This document shows positions 9,665 through 18,476 of a stretch of 64,000 bases of DNA, one piece after another. Origin of the DNA: Alphaproteobacteria bacterium (GTDB taxonomy: Bacteria > Pseudomonadota > Alphaproteobacteria > SP197); contig OZ219918.1 in the NCBI GenBank assembly GCA_964291415.2, positions 672,001 to 736,000 of the forward strand, in the 5' to 3' direction. The notes under the pieces are model-generated. The model was not told the DNA's origin. It worked only from the letters and a program-made list of their open reading frames with translations, and did not search any database. Position numbers and translations under genes: made by a program. Positions within the stretch are counted from its first letter, which is position 1. Each line of letters begins with the position of its first letter.

Positions 9665-9945
9665 TTACTGAGCGCGTTCTACGATGTGCGTATCCACAGA
9701 AATGGTCCCGCGATGCCGAGCCATGAGCACCTCATAAATCGGCCGGGCGAGCGACGCCGTGGAACGCGAACAGATCCGAGAGATCGTCGACGCTGAGATC
9801 GAGCAACGCGGCAGCCCGGCGGACGGAGACGAGCCCGTCCCCGACAGCAAGACCGACAATCTCCATGAACGTCCTCGAAAACAGCGCCGGCGGCACATTC
9901 TCGACATCATCGCGACCGTTGTGGCGCAATGCGTCGTCCGGAACC
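9665..9945 (-). pseudogene. Remnant of a second ImmA-PIN pair
   Basis: FSRTFMEIVGLAVGDGLVSVRRAAALLDL (ImmA-like C-terminus), then MARHRGTISVDT* (PIN-like start). Confidence 0.5.
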
Positions 9946-10289
9946 GCCTCCGGGTCGCCACATGCTCCACACCGTATCGGTGCCGGATCCAGCTTCACGT
10001 CCGATACCGCCATGGCCACCGTCTACAATCCCAACTCCCTCCCGCACCCGTCCCAATCCCTTGACGACGATTCTAGTCCGTCCCTCTCTGCGGCAGTTCC
10101 CGTGCCAGCCTCCGATGTCCTCACCGGTTCCAAATCCCGGTCGGCCGCCTTCCCGTCCTCCGGTCCCGTCACCCTGTCCTCCCCCAACGGCGTCGATGGT
10201 GGAAGAAAAAGCCGTTATATCGCCGAGAGTTATGTGAGAGACGACGCTGCTCGTCGAGGAGCGTCGTCGTGTGCGTACTCTTCCTTGTT

Positions 10290-11835
10290 AGACATCATGG
10301 CTTGACCTGCCCTGGCCTCGAGGATCGTGGGTTATTCTCGAGGTCAGGAACCCTTTGAGCACAGAGCCACATCGAGGAGGGCAGGTCATGATCGATTATA
10401 GCGCATACGTTGGTCTGGACGTCCACAAGGAGACGATTGCGGTAGCGGTTGCGGTGCCGGGTCGAGAGGAGCCGGTGTACCGGGGCGAGATCGCCAATAA
10501 GCGTTCGTCCCTGCGGCGTCTGGTGGGGCGGCTGAGCCCCGATGGCGAGGTGTTGAGCTTTTGCTACGAGGCCGGTCCCTGCGGCTATGGGGTGTACCGG
10601 GAGCTTGTGGCGACGGGGCACGACTGCATGGTGGTGGCGCCGAGCCTGGTTCCGCGCAAGGCGGGTGACCGGGTGAAGACGGACCGCCGTGACGCTTTGA
10701 ACCTGGCGCGTCTTCATCGTGCCGGGGAGTTGCGTCGGGTGTGGGTTCCCGACGCCGACCAGGAGGCGATGCGGGACCTGACGCGAGCGCGCGAGGACAT
10801 GAAGGCAATCGAGCTCAAGGCCCGGCAGCGCCTGGGGGCGTTCCTGCTGCGCCACGAGCGGATCTACGCCGGGCGCAGCCGCTGGACGCAGGCGCACTTC
10901 CGCTGGCTTGAGCAGCAGTCCTTCGAGCATCCGATGCAGCAGGTGGTGTTCCAGGAGTACGTGGACGCGGTGCTGGACGCCCAGCGCCGGGTGGCGGGCC
11001 TGGAAGATCAGATCCACCAGGCCGTGTCGTCGTGGTCGCTGCGTCCTTTGGTGGAGGCCCTGATGAGCCTGCGCGGGGTCAACGTTCTCACCGCGGTCAC
11101 GGTGCTGGCCGAACTCGGCGACCTGACGCGCTTCGACAGCCCCCGTCAACTGATGAGCCATCTGGGCCTGGTGCCCAGCGAACATTCGTCGGGTCTGAGA
11201 CGGCGTCAGGGTGGGATCACCAAGACCGGCAACGGTCATGTGCGCCGCGTGCTCGTCGAGGCCGCCTGGAGCTATCGCTTCGCGGCCCGCAAGACGGCCC
11301 ATCTCAGGCGCAAGGCAGCCTCCGCCCCGCCCCGCGTCCAGGCCCTCGCCTGGGCCGCCCAGAAACGCCTGTGCGGGCGCTACCGGCGGCTCTCCCATGC
11401 CGGCAAGGCGCACTGCCAGGTGATCACCGCCGTGGCCCGCGAGCTGGCCGGCTTCATATGGGCCATCGCCTGCGAGATGGCCGGCCGTCCCCACAACAGT
11501 CGCGCCCTGGCCTGAGATCCGCAGGGCCTGAAACAACCAACAACTCTGCTTGGCAGGGCAACCAACAAAGGACGATCAGGCATGACGGGTGCGGAACGCG
11601 GGCGGCCGGTGAGGAGAACCCTCGTTCGGGCTATGCGAGGCGAACCGGAACGTTCGTCAACCCGCGTTGTTAGACAGAGGCAGCTCCGCGACGAAGTGAA
11701 GTCAAGTGGTAACCAACCCACGGATATCAGAGTGATCCACCGTCGCAACAAGCCGCCCGCGGTCCGCTCCCGTCATGCCAAAAGGGGGTGGGGACAAAAA
11801 CAGACCGAGCCGGTATAGACAGGTCAATCCATATC
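10290..11835 (+). mobile_element. IS110-family element, IS1111-like
   Basis: Sub-terminal inverted repeats ATGG(C/A)TTGACCTG at 10297-10309 and 11820-11832; ~300 nt non-coding 3' end. Confidence 0.85.
10388..11515 (+). CDS. IS110-family transposase
   Basis: YVGLDVHK, CYEAGPCG, KTDRRDA, GLVPSEHSSG, ITKTGN, AVARELAGFIW. Confidence 0.96.
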   Translation: MIDYSAYVGLDVHKETIAVAVAVPGREEPVYRGEIANKRSSLRRLVGRLSPDGEVLSFCYEAGPCGYGVYRELVATGHDCMVVAPSLVPRKAGDRVKTDRRDALNLARLHRAGELRRVWVPDADQEAMRDLTRAREDMKAIELKARQRLGAFLLRHERIYAGRSRWTQAHFRWLEQQSFEHPMQQVVFQEYVDAVLDAQRRVAGLEDQIHQAVSSWSLRPLVEALMSLRGVNVLTAVTVLAELGDLTRFDSPRQLMSHLGLVPSEHSSGLRRRQGGITKTGNGHVRRVLVEAAWSYRFAARKTAHLRRKAASAPPRVQALAWAAQKRLCGRYRRLSHAGKAHCQVITAVARELAGFIWAIACEMAGRPHNSRALA

Positions 11836-11840
11836 AGCCC

Positions 11841-12038
11841 CGTAGCGTTCCACCAGCATTCCCTCGGAACTCCCGGCACCCGGAGGCAAGCGGCACAGCA
11901 GGATCTTGTTCCTTGGCGCGCGATACACCCTGTCGTTGAGGCTTTCCTTCTGCCGGTCCCTTCCGGATTCCCGACGGCAGCCGGGAAGGGCCGGACGGAG
12001 CGGTCCCGGCCTCGCCATTCCCGGAAGATTGCGACCTC
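11841..12038 (-). pseudogene. GntR-family regulator 5' remnant, copy 2, ending at the IS110 end
   Basis: ESLNDRVYRAPRNKILLCRLPPGAGSSEGMLVERYG, then IS terminus; direct repeat of 5309-5630. Confidence 0.65.
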
Positions 12039-12152
12039 TCGCGGCGGTGGCCCGCGCTGGGGCCGTTGACGAAACAACACCTTTGTGCGCGCCGGCAAGA
12101 GCGATATGATGACCGGGGCAGGTACGCGGCACGCGTACAGCGAAGAGATGAC

Positions 12153-15137
12153 ATGGGGATTGCCAAGCTAGCTTCGAAGTTCGTCTCCTTCGACATGATC
12201 ATGTTCGGCCTTCACAAGCACCTGATCATCACGAGAGCGAGATTTCCCGAGTTCGCGCGAAAGATGGCCGAACGCGACCTCGTGGCCCAGGTCATGATCC
12301 ACCAGGAAAGGTCCGGATACTGGTTCGAATTCAGGGGCGGGAAGGTCAGGCTCTCGAAAGGGGTCTACGAGAGGCCCGATGTGACCCTGGGATTCCGCGA
12401 CCGGCGCACGGCCAGAGACCTCCTGATCCCGCCCTTCGACTGGTCCGAACAGATCCATGCCCAGAAAATGTTCCGGCTGACCATGGACGGCAGGCCGGAC
12501 GACACCGCCTGGTTCCAGCGCCTTCTCATACGTTCGACGACCATCGGCGAAAGCTACGGCCAGAATCGTCCCGGCGGCGAGGTCCGCTACGTCAACAACA
12601 ACAATGGCGGTCCGGTTTTTGTCGATGTGAAGGATGGCAGGATCGTTCGCATGACGCCCATTGTGCTGCGCGACGACGACGCGAAATCCTGGACCATCAC
12701 GGCCAGGGGCAGACAGTTCTCGCCACCCCGCCGGGCCGCCATTGCCTCCCATGCCCTGTGCATGAAGTCGCGGGTCTATTCCGAAGACCGCATCATGTAT
12801 CCGATGAAACGGGTCGACTTCGATCCGCATGGCGAGCGCAACTCCGGCAACCGTGGCGTCTCCGGACACGAGCGCATCTCGTGGGACGAGGCGCTCGCCA
12901 TCGTTGCCGGGGAAATCGTCCGTTGCCGTACGCAATCCGGTCCGGGCTCGATCGGCACGCTCATATCCGCGCACCACCTGTGGGGCAATGTGGGCTACCA
13001 CCTCAGTGCCGCGCACCGGTTCTGGAACCTGATCGGCCACACCTACATCGAGCACAATCCCGAAAGCTGGGAAGGCTGGTTCTGGGGTGCGATGCATCAC
13101 TGGGGGCATTCGACACGGGCCGGGGCCGGAGATCCCTATGGCCTGGTCGAGGACTGCCTGCAGAATGCCGACATGATCGTCTTCTGGTCCTCGGACCCGG
13201 AGGCGACCGGCGGTTGCTACGCAGGCACCGAAGGATCGATCCGGCGTCAATGGGCCAAGGAACTGGGGATCGAGTTCGTTCACATCGACCCCTACTTCAA
13301 TCACACGGCGCAGGTTCTCGGCGGCAAATGGATCGCTCCGCGCCCCGGCACCAGCAATGCACTGGCGCTCGCCATCGCCTTCGTCTGGATCGACGAGGGT
13401 CTCTATGACACGGACTATGTCGAACGCGTCACCACGGGCTTCGACGAATGGAAGGCCCATATCATGGGCGAGGACGGCACGGTGCCCAAGACGCCGGAGT
13501 GGGCCGAGGTGGAATGCGGGGTCGAGGCGCACGTGATCCGTGCGCTCGCCCGCAAATGGGGCAAGTCCAGGACCTATCTCGGGGCCGGCGGCTGGGGCAA
13601 CTCCGTGGGCAGCGCCAATCGCCAGTCGACCGGCGTGCAGTGGGCGCGTTCGATGGTTTGCCTGGCGGCGATGCAGGGCATGGGCAAGCCGGGCTCGAAC
13701 ATGGGCAACCTGCAGTTCGGCACACCAATCGACTACACGTTCTATTTTCCCGGCTACGTGGAAGGCGGCATTTCGGGCGATCTGGAATACACCGCGTCCG
13801 CGGTCAGCAACTACCAGCGCATGCCGCACCTGATGACGGTGAACAGCGTCAAGCAGAGGATCCCGCGCCTCAAGTTGGCCGATGCCATTCTCGACGGACG
13901 GTGCGAAGGCAACGTCATGGCCGTCGACAGCGTGACCGGCCAGTTCGAGAAGCACGTCTATCCGGCCGAAGGCTATGCGCCGGTGGAAATGCTCTATCGC
14001 TACGGCAGCTCCTATACCGCGACGATCGGGGATTCGAACCGCCTGATCGAGGCGTTTCGCTCGCCGAAGCTGAAGTTCATCGTCAACCAGTCGATCTGGA
14101 AGAACAACGAGACGGTCTTTGCCGACGTGATACTGCCCGCCTGCACCAACTACGAACGCTGGGACATCGGAGAATGGGCGAATCCCGGGGCGCTGGTCTT
14201 TCACGCCCAGTCGCAGCTGAACCACCGGGTCGTGGCGATGCAGCACAAGTGCATCGAGCCGGTGGGCGAATCCAGATCGGACTACGAGATCTTCTTTGCA
14301 CTCTCCAAGAAACTCGGGCTGTCGGACTACTATTCCGAGGGCATGACCGAATACGACTGGGTGAAGCGGGTCTATGAATCCTCCGACATGCCCAAGGTCA
14401 TGCCGTGGAGGAAGTTCCTCAAGCGGGGCTATTACGTCGTGCCGCCGGATTCCGAGGACACCCGCGTGCCGACGGCCTACAGCTGGTTCGCGAACGAGGA
14501 AAAGAAGAATGTGCCCGACGCAACACCCGTGGCCAGCGAATACAACACGGAGTGGCTGAAGGGCCTGCAGACGCAAAGCGGCAGGTTCGAGTTCGTGCCG
14601 GAGACGCTCAGACGCAATCCGCCCGAGGTCGACCGGCCCGCCGTCAACACCTACCAGCGCGGCTGGGAAGGTTACTGGGACGAGGAGCGCCGGCGAAAGT
14701 ATCCGCTGCAGATGATTGCTCCTCACCCTCGCTACAGCTTCCACACGATGGGGGACGGAACCGATTCGTTCCTGTCCGAGATCGAGGATCACCGGGTCTG
14801 GGTGGATGGCTGGCCCTACACCAAGATGCGAATCCACCCGGAAGACGCCGAGGCGCGGGCCATCAGGGACCGGACGCTCGTGCGCGTCGCCAACGACCGC
14901 GGAGGCCTGGTCTGCGCGGCGCAGGTTACTTCGAGGATCCGCAAGGGTACGGTCCACGTCTACGAATCCTCGTCCCTCTACAGGTCCGCCGGCGAGCCCG
15001 GCAAGTCGGTGGATCTCGGCGGCGGTGCGAACCAGGTCTCGTCAGGACGCATGCAGGTCAGGAACTCGCATGCCGGCGCCGGCAACTCGATCCTCGTGGA
15101 GGTCGAGAACTGGGATGGAAAGGCAGGCTTTCAATGA
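12153..15137 (+). CDS. Molybdopterin oxidoreductase, pyrogallol transhydroxylase large subunit-like, with N-terminal SCP2-like extension
   Basis: GGPVFVDVKDGRIVR, YPMKRVDFDP, AHHLWGNVGY, NPESWEGWFWGAMHHWG, PHPRYSFHT; start approximate. Confidence 0.85.
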   Translation: MGIAKLASKFVSFDMIMFGLHKHLIITRARFPEFARKMAERDLVAQVMIHQERSGYWFEFRGGKVRLSKGVYERPDVTLGFRDRRTARDLLIPPFDWSEQIHAQKMFRLTMDGRPDDTAWFQRLLIRSTTIGESYGQNRPGGEVRYVNNNNGGPVFVDVKDGRIVRMTPIVLRDDDAKSWTITARGRQFSPPRRAAIASHALCMKSRVYSEDRIMYPMKRVDFDPHGERNSGNRGVSGHERISWDEALAIVAGEIVRCRTQSGPGSIGTLISAHHLWGNVGYHLSAAHRFWNLIGHTYIEHNPESWEGWFWGAMHHWGHSTRAGAGDPYGLVEDCLQNADMIVFWSSDPEATGGCYAGTEGSIRRQWAKELGIEFVHIDPYFNHTAQVLGGKWIAPRPGTSNALALAIAFVWIDEGLYDTDYVERVTTGFDEWKAHIMGEDGTVPKTPEWAEVECGVEAHVIRALARKWGKSRTYLGAGGWGNSVGSANRQSTGVQWARSMVCLAAMQGMGKPGSNMGNLQFGTPIDYTFYFPGYVEGGISGDLEYTASAVSNYQRMPHLMTVNSVKQRIPRLKLADAILDGRCEGNVMAVDSVTGQFEKHVYPAEGYAPVEMLYRYGSSYTATIGDSNRLIEAFRSPKLKFIVNQSIWKNNETVFADVILPACTNYERWDIGEWANPGALVFHAQSQLNHRVVAMQHKCIEPVGESRSDYEIFFALSKKLGLSDYYSEGMTEYDWVKRVYESSDMPKVMPWRKFLKRGYYVVPPDSEDTRVPTAYSWFANEEKKNVPDATPVASEYNTEWLKGLQTQSGRFEFVPETLRRNPPEVDRPAVNTYQRGWEGYWDEERRRKYPLQMIAPHPRYSFHTMGDGTDSFLSEIEDHRVWVDGWPYTKMRIHPEDAEARAIRDRTLVRVANDRGGLVCAAQVTSRIRKGTVHVYESSSLYRSAGEPGKSVDLGGGANQVSSGRMQVRNSHAGAGNSILVEVENWDGKAGFQ

Positions 15138-15976
15138 CCAAGTGGAACATGATCCTCGACGTCGATCGCTGCAACAACTGCCGGAACTGCTTCCTCTCGG
15201 TTCTCGATGAATACGCCGAGAACGAACACGCAGGATACAGTGCCCCGACTCCGCGCAAGGGCGCGCACCTGATGGAAATCGATACCCATGAAAGGGGCAG
15301 CGGCCAGGACCTGGACGTGACCTACGTCCCGGTTACCTGCAACCACTGCGATGATGCGCCCTGCATGAAGGCCGCCGAAAAGGGTGCCGTCTACAAGAGA
15401 CGGGACGGGATCGTGATCATCGACCCGGTCAAGTCCAAGGGGCAGAAGCAGATCGCACAAGCCTGTCCCTTCGGCCGTGTCTACTGGAACGAAGAGCTGC
15501 AGATCCCGCAGATCTGGACCTTTGATGCGCACCTCTTGGACCAGGGCTGGGAGCGACCCCGCATGGCAGATGCCTGTCCGACGCTGGCCATCGAGACCGT
15601 CAAGTGCTCCGATGCCGAAATGGAATCCCGTGCACGACGCGAGAGCCTGCGCACGCTGCAACCGGAACTGGGCACGAAACCCAGGATCTACTACCGAAAC
15701 CTGGACCGGATCTTCGAGAACTTCGTCTCAGGATCCGTGCTGGTGAAATCCGGTGACACGCTGGATATCGTCGAAGGCGCCGAGGTCGTCCTCAGGCAGG
15801 ATGAAGACAAGACCATCGAAACCAGGACCGATTTCTTCGGCGACTTCACGTTCACGGGCCTGCCGTGCGAGGCCACCGAGATCGAGATCGAGGTGCGGTC
15901 GGGCGGCAAGACCGTATCCCGGCGCATGACCGTCGCACGATCCGGCCGGGTGGATCCCTTCATCCTCGAGGCCTGA
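15134..15976 (+). CDS. Fe-S subunit, transhydroxylase small subunit-like
   Basis: ATGA overlap; CNNCRNC, CNHCDDAPC, ACPFG, ACPT, GTKPRIYY; C-terminal beta domain (TDFFGDFTF). Confidence 0.88.
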   Translation: MTKWNMILDVDRCNNCRNCFLSVLDEYAENEHAGYSAPTPRKGAHLMEIDTHERGSGQDLDVTYVPVTCNHCDDAPCMKAAEKGAVYKRRDGIVIIDPVKSKGQKQIAQACPFGRVYWNEELQIPQIWTFDAHLLDQGWERPRMADACPTLAIETVKCSDAEMESRARRESLRTLQPELGTKPRIYYRNLDRIFENFVSGSVLVKSGDTLDIVEGAEVVLRQDEDKTIETRTDFFGDFTFTGLPCEATEIEIEVRSGGKTVSRRMTVARSGRVDPFILEA

Positions 15977-16179
15977 GCCGGCACATCCTTCCCGGCGGAC
16001 ATATGTGCGGATGGAACCGGCACGCGAAGGGAAGGACAAATGGAACCGTTCTCGCCCGGGTCGCGTTCGAACGGTGCATGCCGTTGTCGTCCCGCCCTGA
16101 GGACGCCGTGGAACGGCATCGCGAACCATCGCCCGGCGTGGTGGCGGCGTCAGGTTCGGTGCTCCTTGGGGAACTCGGT

Positions 16180-16566
16180 GTCGCTCCGCTCAGGGGCATT
16201 TCCGGACATTGTCTTGGCAAACTGTATGGCCAATTCGGAGATACTGAAGGACCGACGATCACGAAGCTCGAGGAATTGTTTCGCGAAGCAACGACAGGCT
16301 TTCCGTTTAGTCTGGTTGCATTCCTTAGCACCGACGATCCCAAAGTTCCTGCGGGGCCCGACGACCGGAAGTTAGTCACCCTGGCTGATTTCTTCGCGTA
16401 TATGGATGAAGATGTGGAGCTGTGGAACAAGAGATATTCGTGGGAACAATCCGCCGGCAGGCAGTGGCAGCACTATCTCGATGACCTGAGCGCGTTTTTC
16501 GCGTTTCTCGACAAGACAGAAATTTTGGCAACACAAATGGCGCGAGAGCAAGGCATAGTTCGATAG
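16180..16566 (+). CDS. Hypothetical protein or 3' gene fragment
   Basis: Lower-GC open frame ending at 16566 with protein-like composition; start unclear. Confidence 0.25.
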   Translation, partial: VAPLRGISGHCLGKLYGQFGDTEGPTITKLEELFREATTGFPFSLVAFLSTDDPKVPAGPDDRKLVTLADFFAYMDEDVELWNKRYSWEQSAGRQWQHYLDDLSAFFAFLDKTEILATQMAREQGIVR

Positions 16567-17004
16567 CGGTCTGGTTCCTCATTTTCCTTCAGTTTCAGGT
16601 CGACGTGCAGATAGACGTTCGTGGTCTCGATGAATTCATGACCGAATCACAACGCGCTTGATGCTCCTCCCTTATGGCATCCCAAGTCTCTTTCGTCATT
16701 GCTGAAAGTACTCCTGGCGGTGATACAACCTCCTTCATGACGGCATCATGCTCGTTGTCGGCTACAGAGTTTGCGACATCTGCTGCGAAGATGAGCAAAA
16801 TCCTTGGCAGTACCTTCGAATGCTTCCTCTATGGTCCCAACCACCTTGGTCATGGCGACTATCGGGGCATCATTGCCCCCACGCAAATGCATTTCGCAAG
16901 GATGTAACCAACGCATGAGGGGCTGTCTCCGCCCAGGTCGTTGCAAACTCCAAAGTCCTCACAGCCTTGTCATCGACTGCAAGACCGTGGTGCAGTCTCG
17001 TCGC

Positions 17005-17128
17005 TAGTGTCTTGATCGAGAAATTTGCCAGAGTATTTTCATCGGCAATGTTGGGGGAGTGACCGGTGGGCGGAGCAGCGGTGGCGATTACCTTGTCGGA
17101 AGCGGAGCGGCGTGAGCTGGAGGGACTG
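17005..17128 (+). mobile_element. IS630-like left-end remnant
   Basis: TAGTGTCTT... end followed by AVAITLSEAERRELEGL, resembling IS630 transposase N-termini. Confidence 0.45.
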
Positions 17129-17600
17129 GGAGAGGAAGCATCAACTGGCCGGACACCAGTTCAATGGCCTTTTCGTCCTCGCCTTCGGATGCGAGTTTCA
17201 TGGCGGCAATGATCAAGTCCTCGTGCTGGATCATGGAGTTGATGACCGGCTTCAACGCTTTGGGCGCCGATTCGACAATCTCGCGATAGCGATCCTGAAA
17301 TTCTACGCTGGCCGCCACCATATAGGCGGTCGCCTCGGTCCAGCTCATGTGTTCGACGCGCCGAATGAAGGCCCGGGCATCGTTCCGGCTGGCGTCGCTC
17401 TCGACGATATCGCCGCCATGCTCGAAGACGACCTGGCGCAGGCGCGCCTTGTTCTCGGTTTCGAGTTGCAGCAGTGAGCCGATGAGGTGTTTCTGAACCG
17501 GGGTGTGGAACAGGTGCAGCAGGGCGCAATAGAAGGCCTCGCCGTACACCTCGCCCTGGTACATTTCGGCCACTTCCCGTATCTGCTGCTCCGATATCAT
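17088..17600 (-). CDS. Ferritin-like hypothetical protein
   Basis: SD GAGGGAGG; YQGEVYGEAFY, QLETEN, MIQHE helical pattern; 3' end overlaps the IS630 remnant. Confidence 0.55.
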   Translation of the reverse strand: MISEQQIREVAEMYQGEVYGEAFYCALLHLFHTPVQKHLIGSLLQLETENKARLRQVVFEHGGDIVESDASRNDARAFIRRVEHMSWTEATAYMVAASVEFQDRYREIVESAPKALKPVINSMIQHEDLIIAAMKLASEGEDEKAIELVSGQLMLPLPVPPAHAAPLPTR

Positions 17601-17761
17601 CCGGCGCCTCCCTCGTTGACACGTCAGGCAAGCATGCCAGCTTTTCGTCGCCATACAAACCTCGGACCGCCGTTCAGCGGGTGCTCCAGGCGATCATCCC
17701 GGGCGCAGCTGTTGCGGGAAACCAAACTTGTCTGCGCCGACAAGGGACTGTCAGCAAATTG

Positions 17762-17890
17762 CTGAGGCTGTTGAAAAAGTCGGAGCCGACAGATTTTGCG
17801 CAGCTATCGTTCCGGTGAATCTTACGGATTGAGCGGGTGAGCGGGCGCAGGCTTTCAGCGGCGATCAGGATGCGAGCTGCGCGACGATCA
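17762..17890 (-). mobile_element. IS5/IS1182-like right-end remnant
   Basis: Minus strand ...GACTTTTTCAACAGCCTC (DFFNSL), typical of these IS ends. Confidence 0.35.
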
Positions 17891-17899
17891 GGATGAGAT

Positions 17900-18250
17900 T
17901 CCCGGCGGCAGCGGCGAGAGGATGATTCCCGTGGCCGGCGGCGGTTGCAAGCGTGTTCTTGGTTTGATTGTCGCGGCGCGACAGACAGCGCGACATGGGT
18001 GTTGCTGGTGTGGTTGGAGAGAACCGGCCCGCGGAGATGACCTCCGCGGGCCATCAGTGTCGTGATGGTTCAGCTTCTGGTGTTTTTCTCGGTGGCATAG
18101 CTTGCCGGCCTGCCGGGTCCTCGCTTGCCCTTGTCGAGGGCGGCGCAGCGGCGATAGCTCTCGACATTCATCTCGAGGATGGCTGCGTGGTGGACGAGGC
18201 GGTCGACGGCAGCCACCGCGGTTGTTTCGTCCGGGAACACCCAGTGTACC
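17900..18250 (-). pseudogene. istB: IS21 istB 3' remnant and element end
   Basis: VFPDETTAVAAVDRLVHHAAILEMNVESYRR. Confidence 0.8.
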
Positions 18251-18259
18251 GTCAGACGA

Positions 18260-18390
18260 GAGGCGAAATACTTGCACCCTGTCGGGTGGACGCGGACGCC
18301 GAAGCCCTTGAGGCCGGCATCGCGGATATCTATGGTGGCCATGCGTGGCCGCAGAGCCGCGATACGCGCTTGAGTTCATTGTGTCGTGGC
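18260..18390 (-). pseudogene. Tyrosine integrase N-terminal (Arm-binding) remnant
   Basis: TQARIAALRPR...DIRDAGLKGFGVRVHPTGCKYF, next to the right junction. Confidence 0.7.
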
Positions 18391-18476
18391 CCTGGATTCC
18401 CTCCCTGCCTTGAGTTGCAGACGCAGAATGATTCGGCACGGAATCATCCCGCAACTGCAGTCGAGAGAGGAAACAA

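Noticed and set aside
12168-14957. 929-aa antisense ORF and similar long shadow ORFs (215-1516, 29023-30252, 34848-37079, 51611-52819)
   Set aside because: They lie opposite well-supported genes; expected from GC-rich codon bias; no motifs.
14405-15133. N-terminal extension of the 523-aa ORF
   Set aside because: Overlaps the Mo-enzyme gene in another frame; the real start is ATG 15134.
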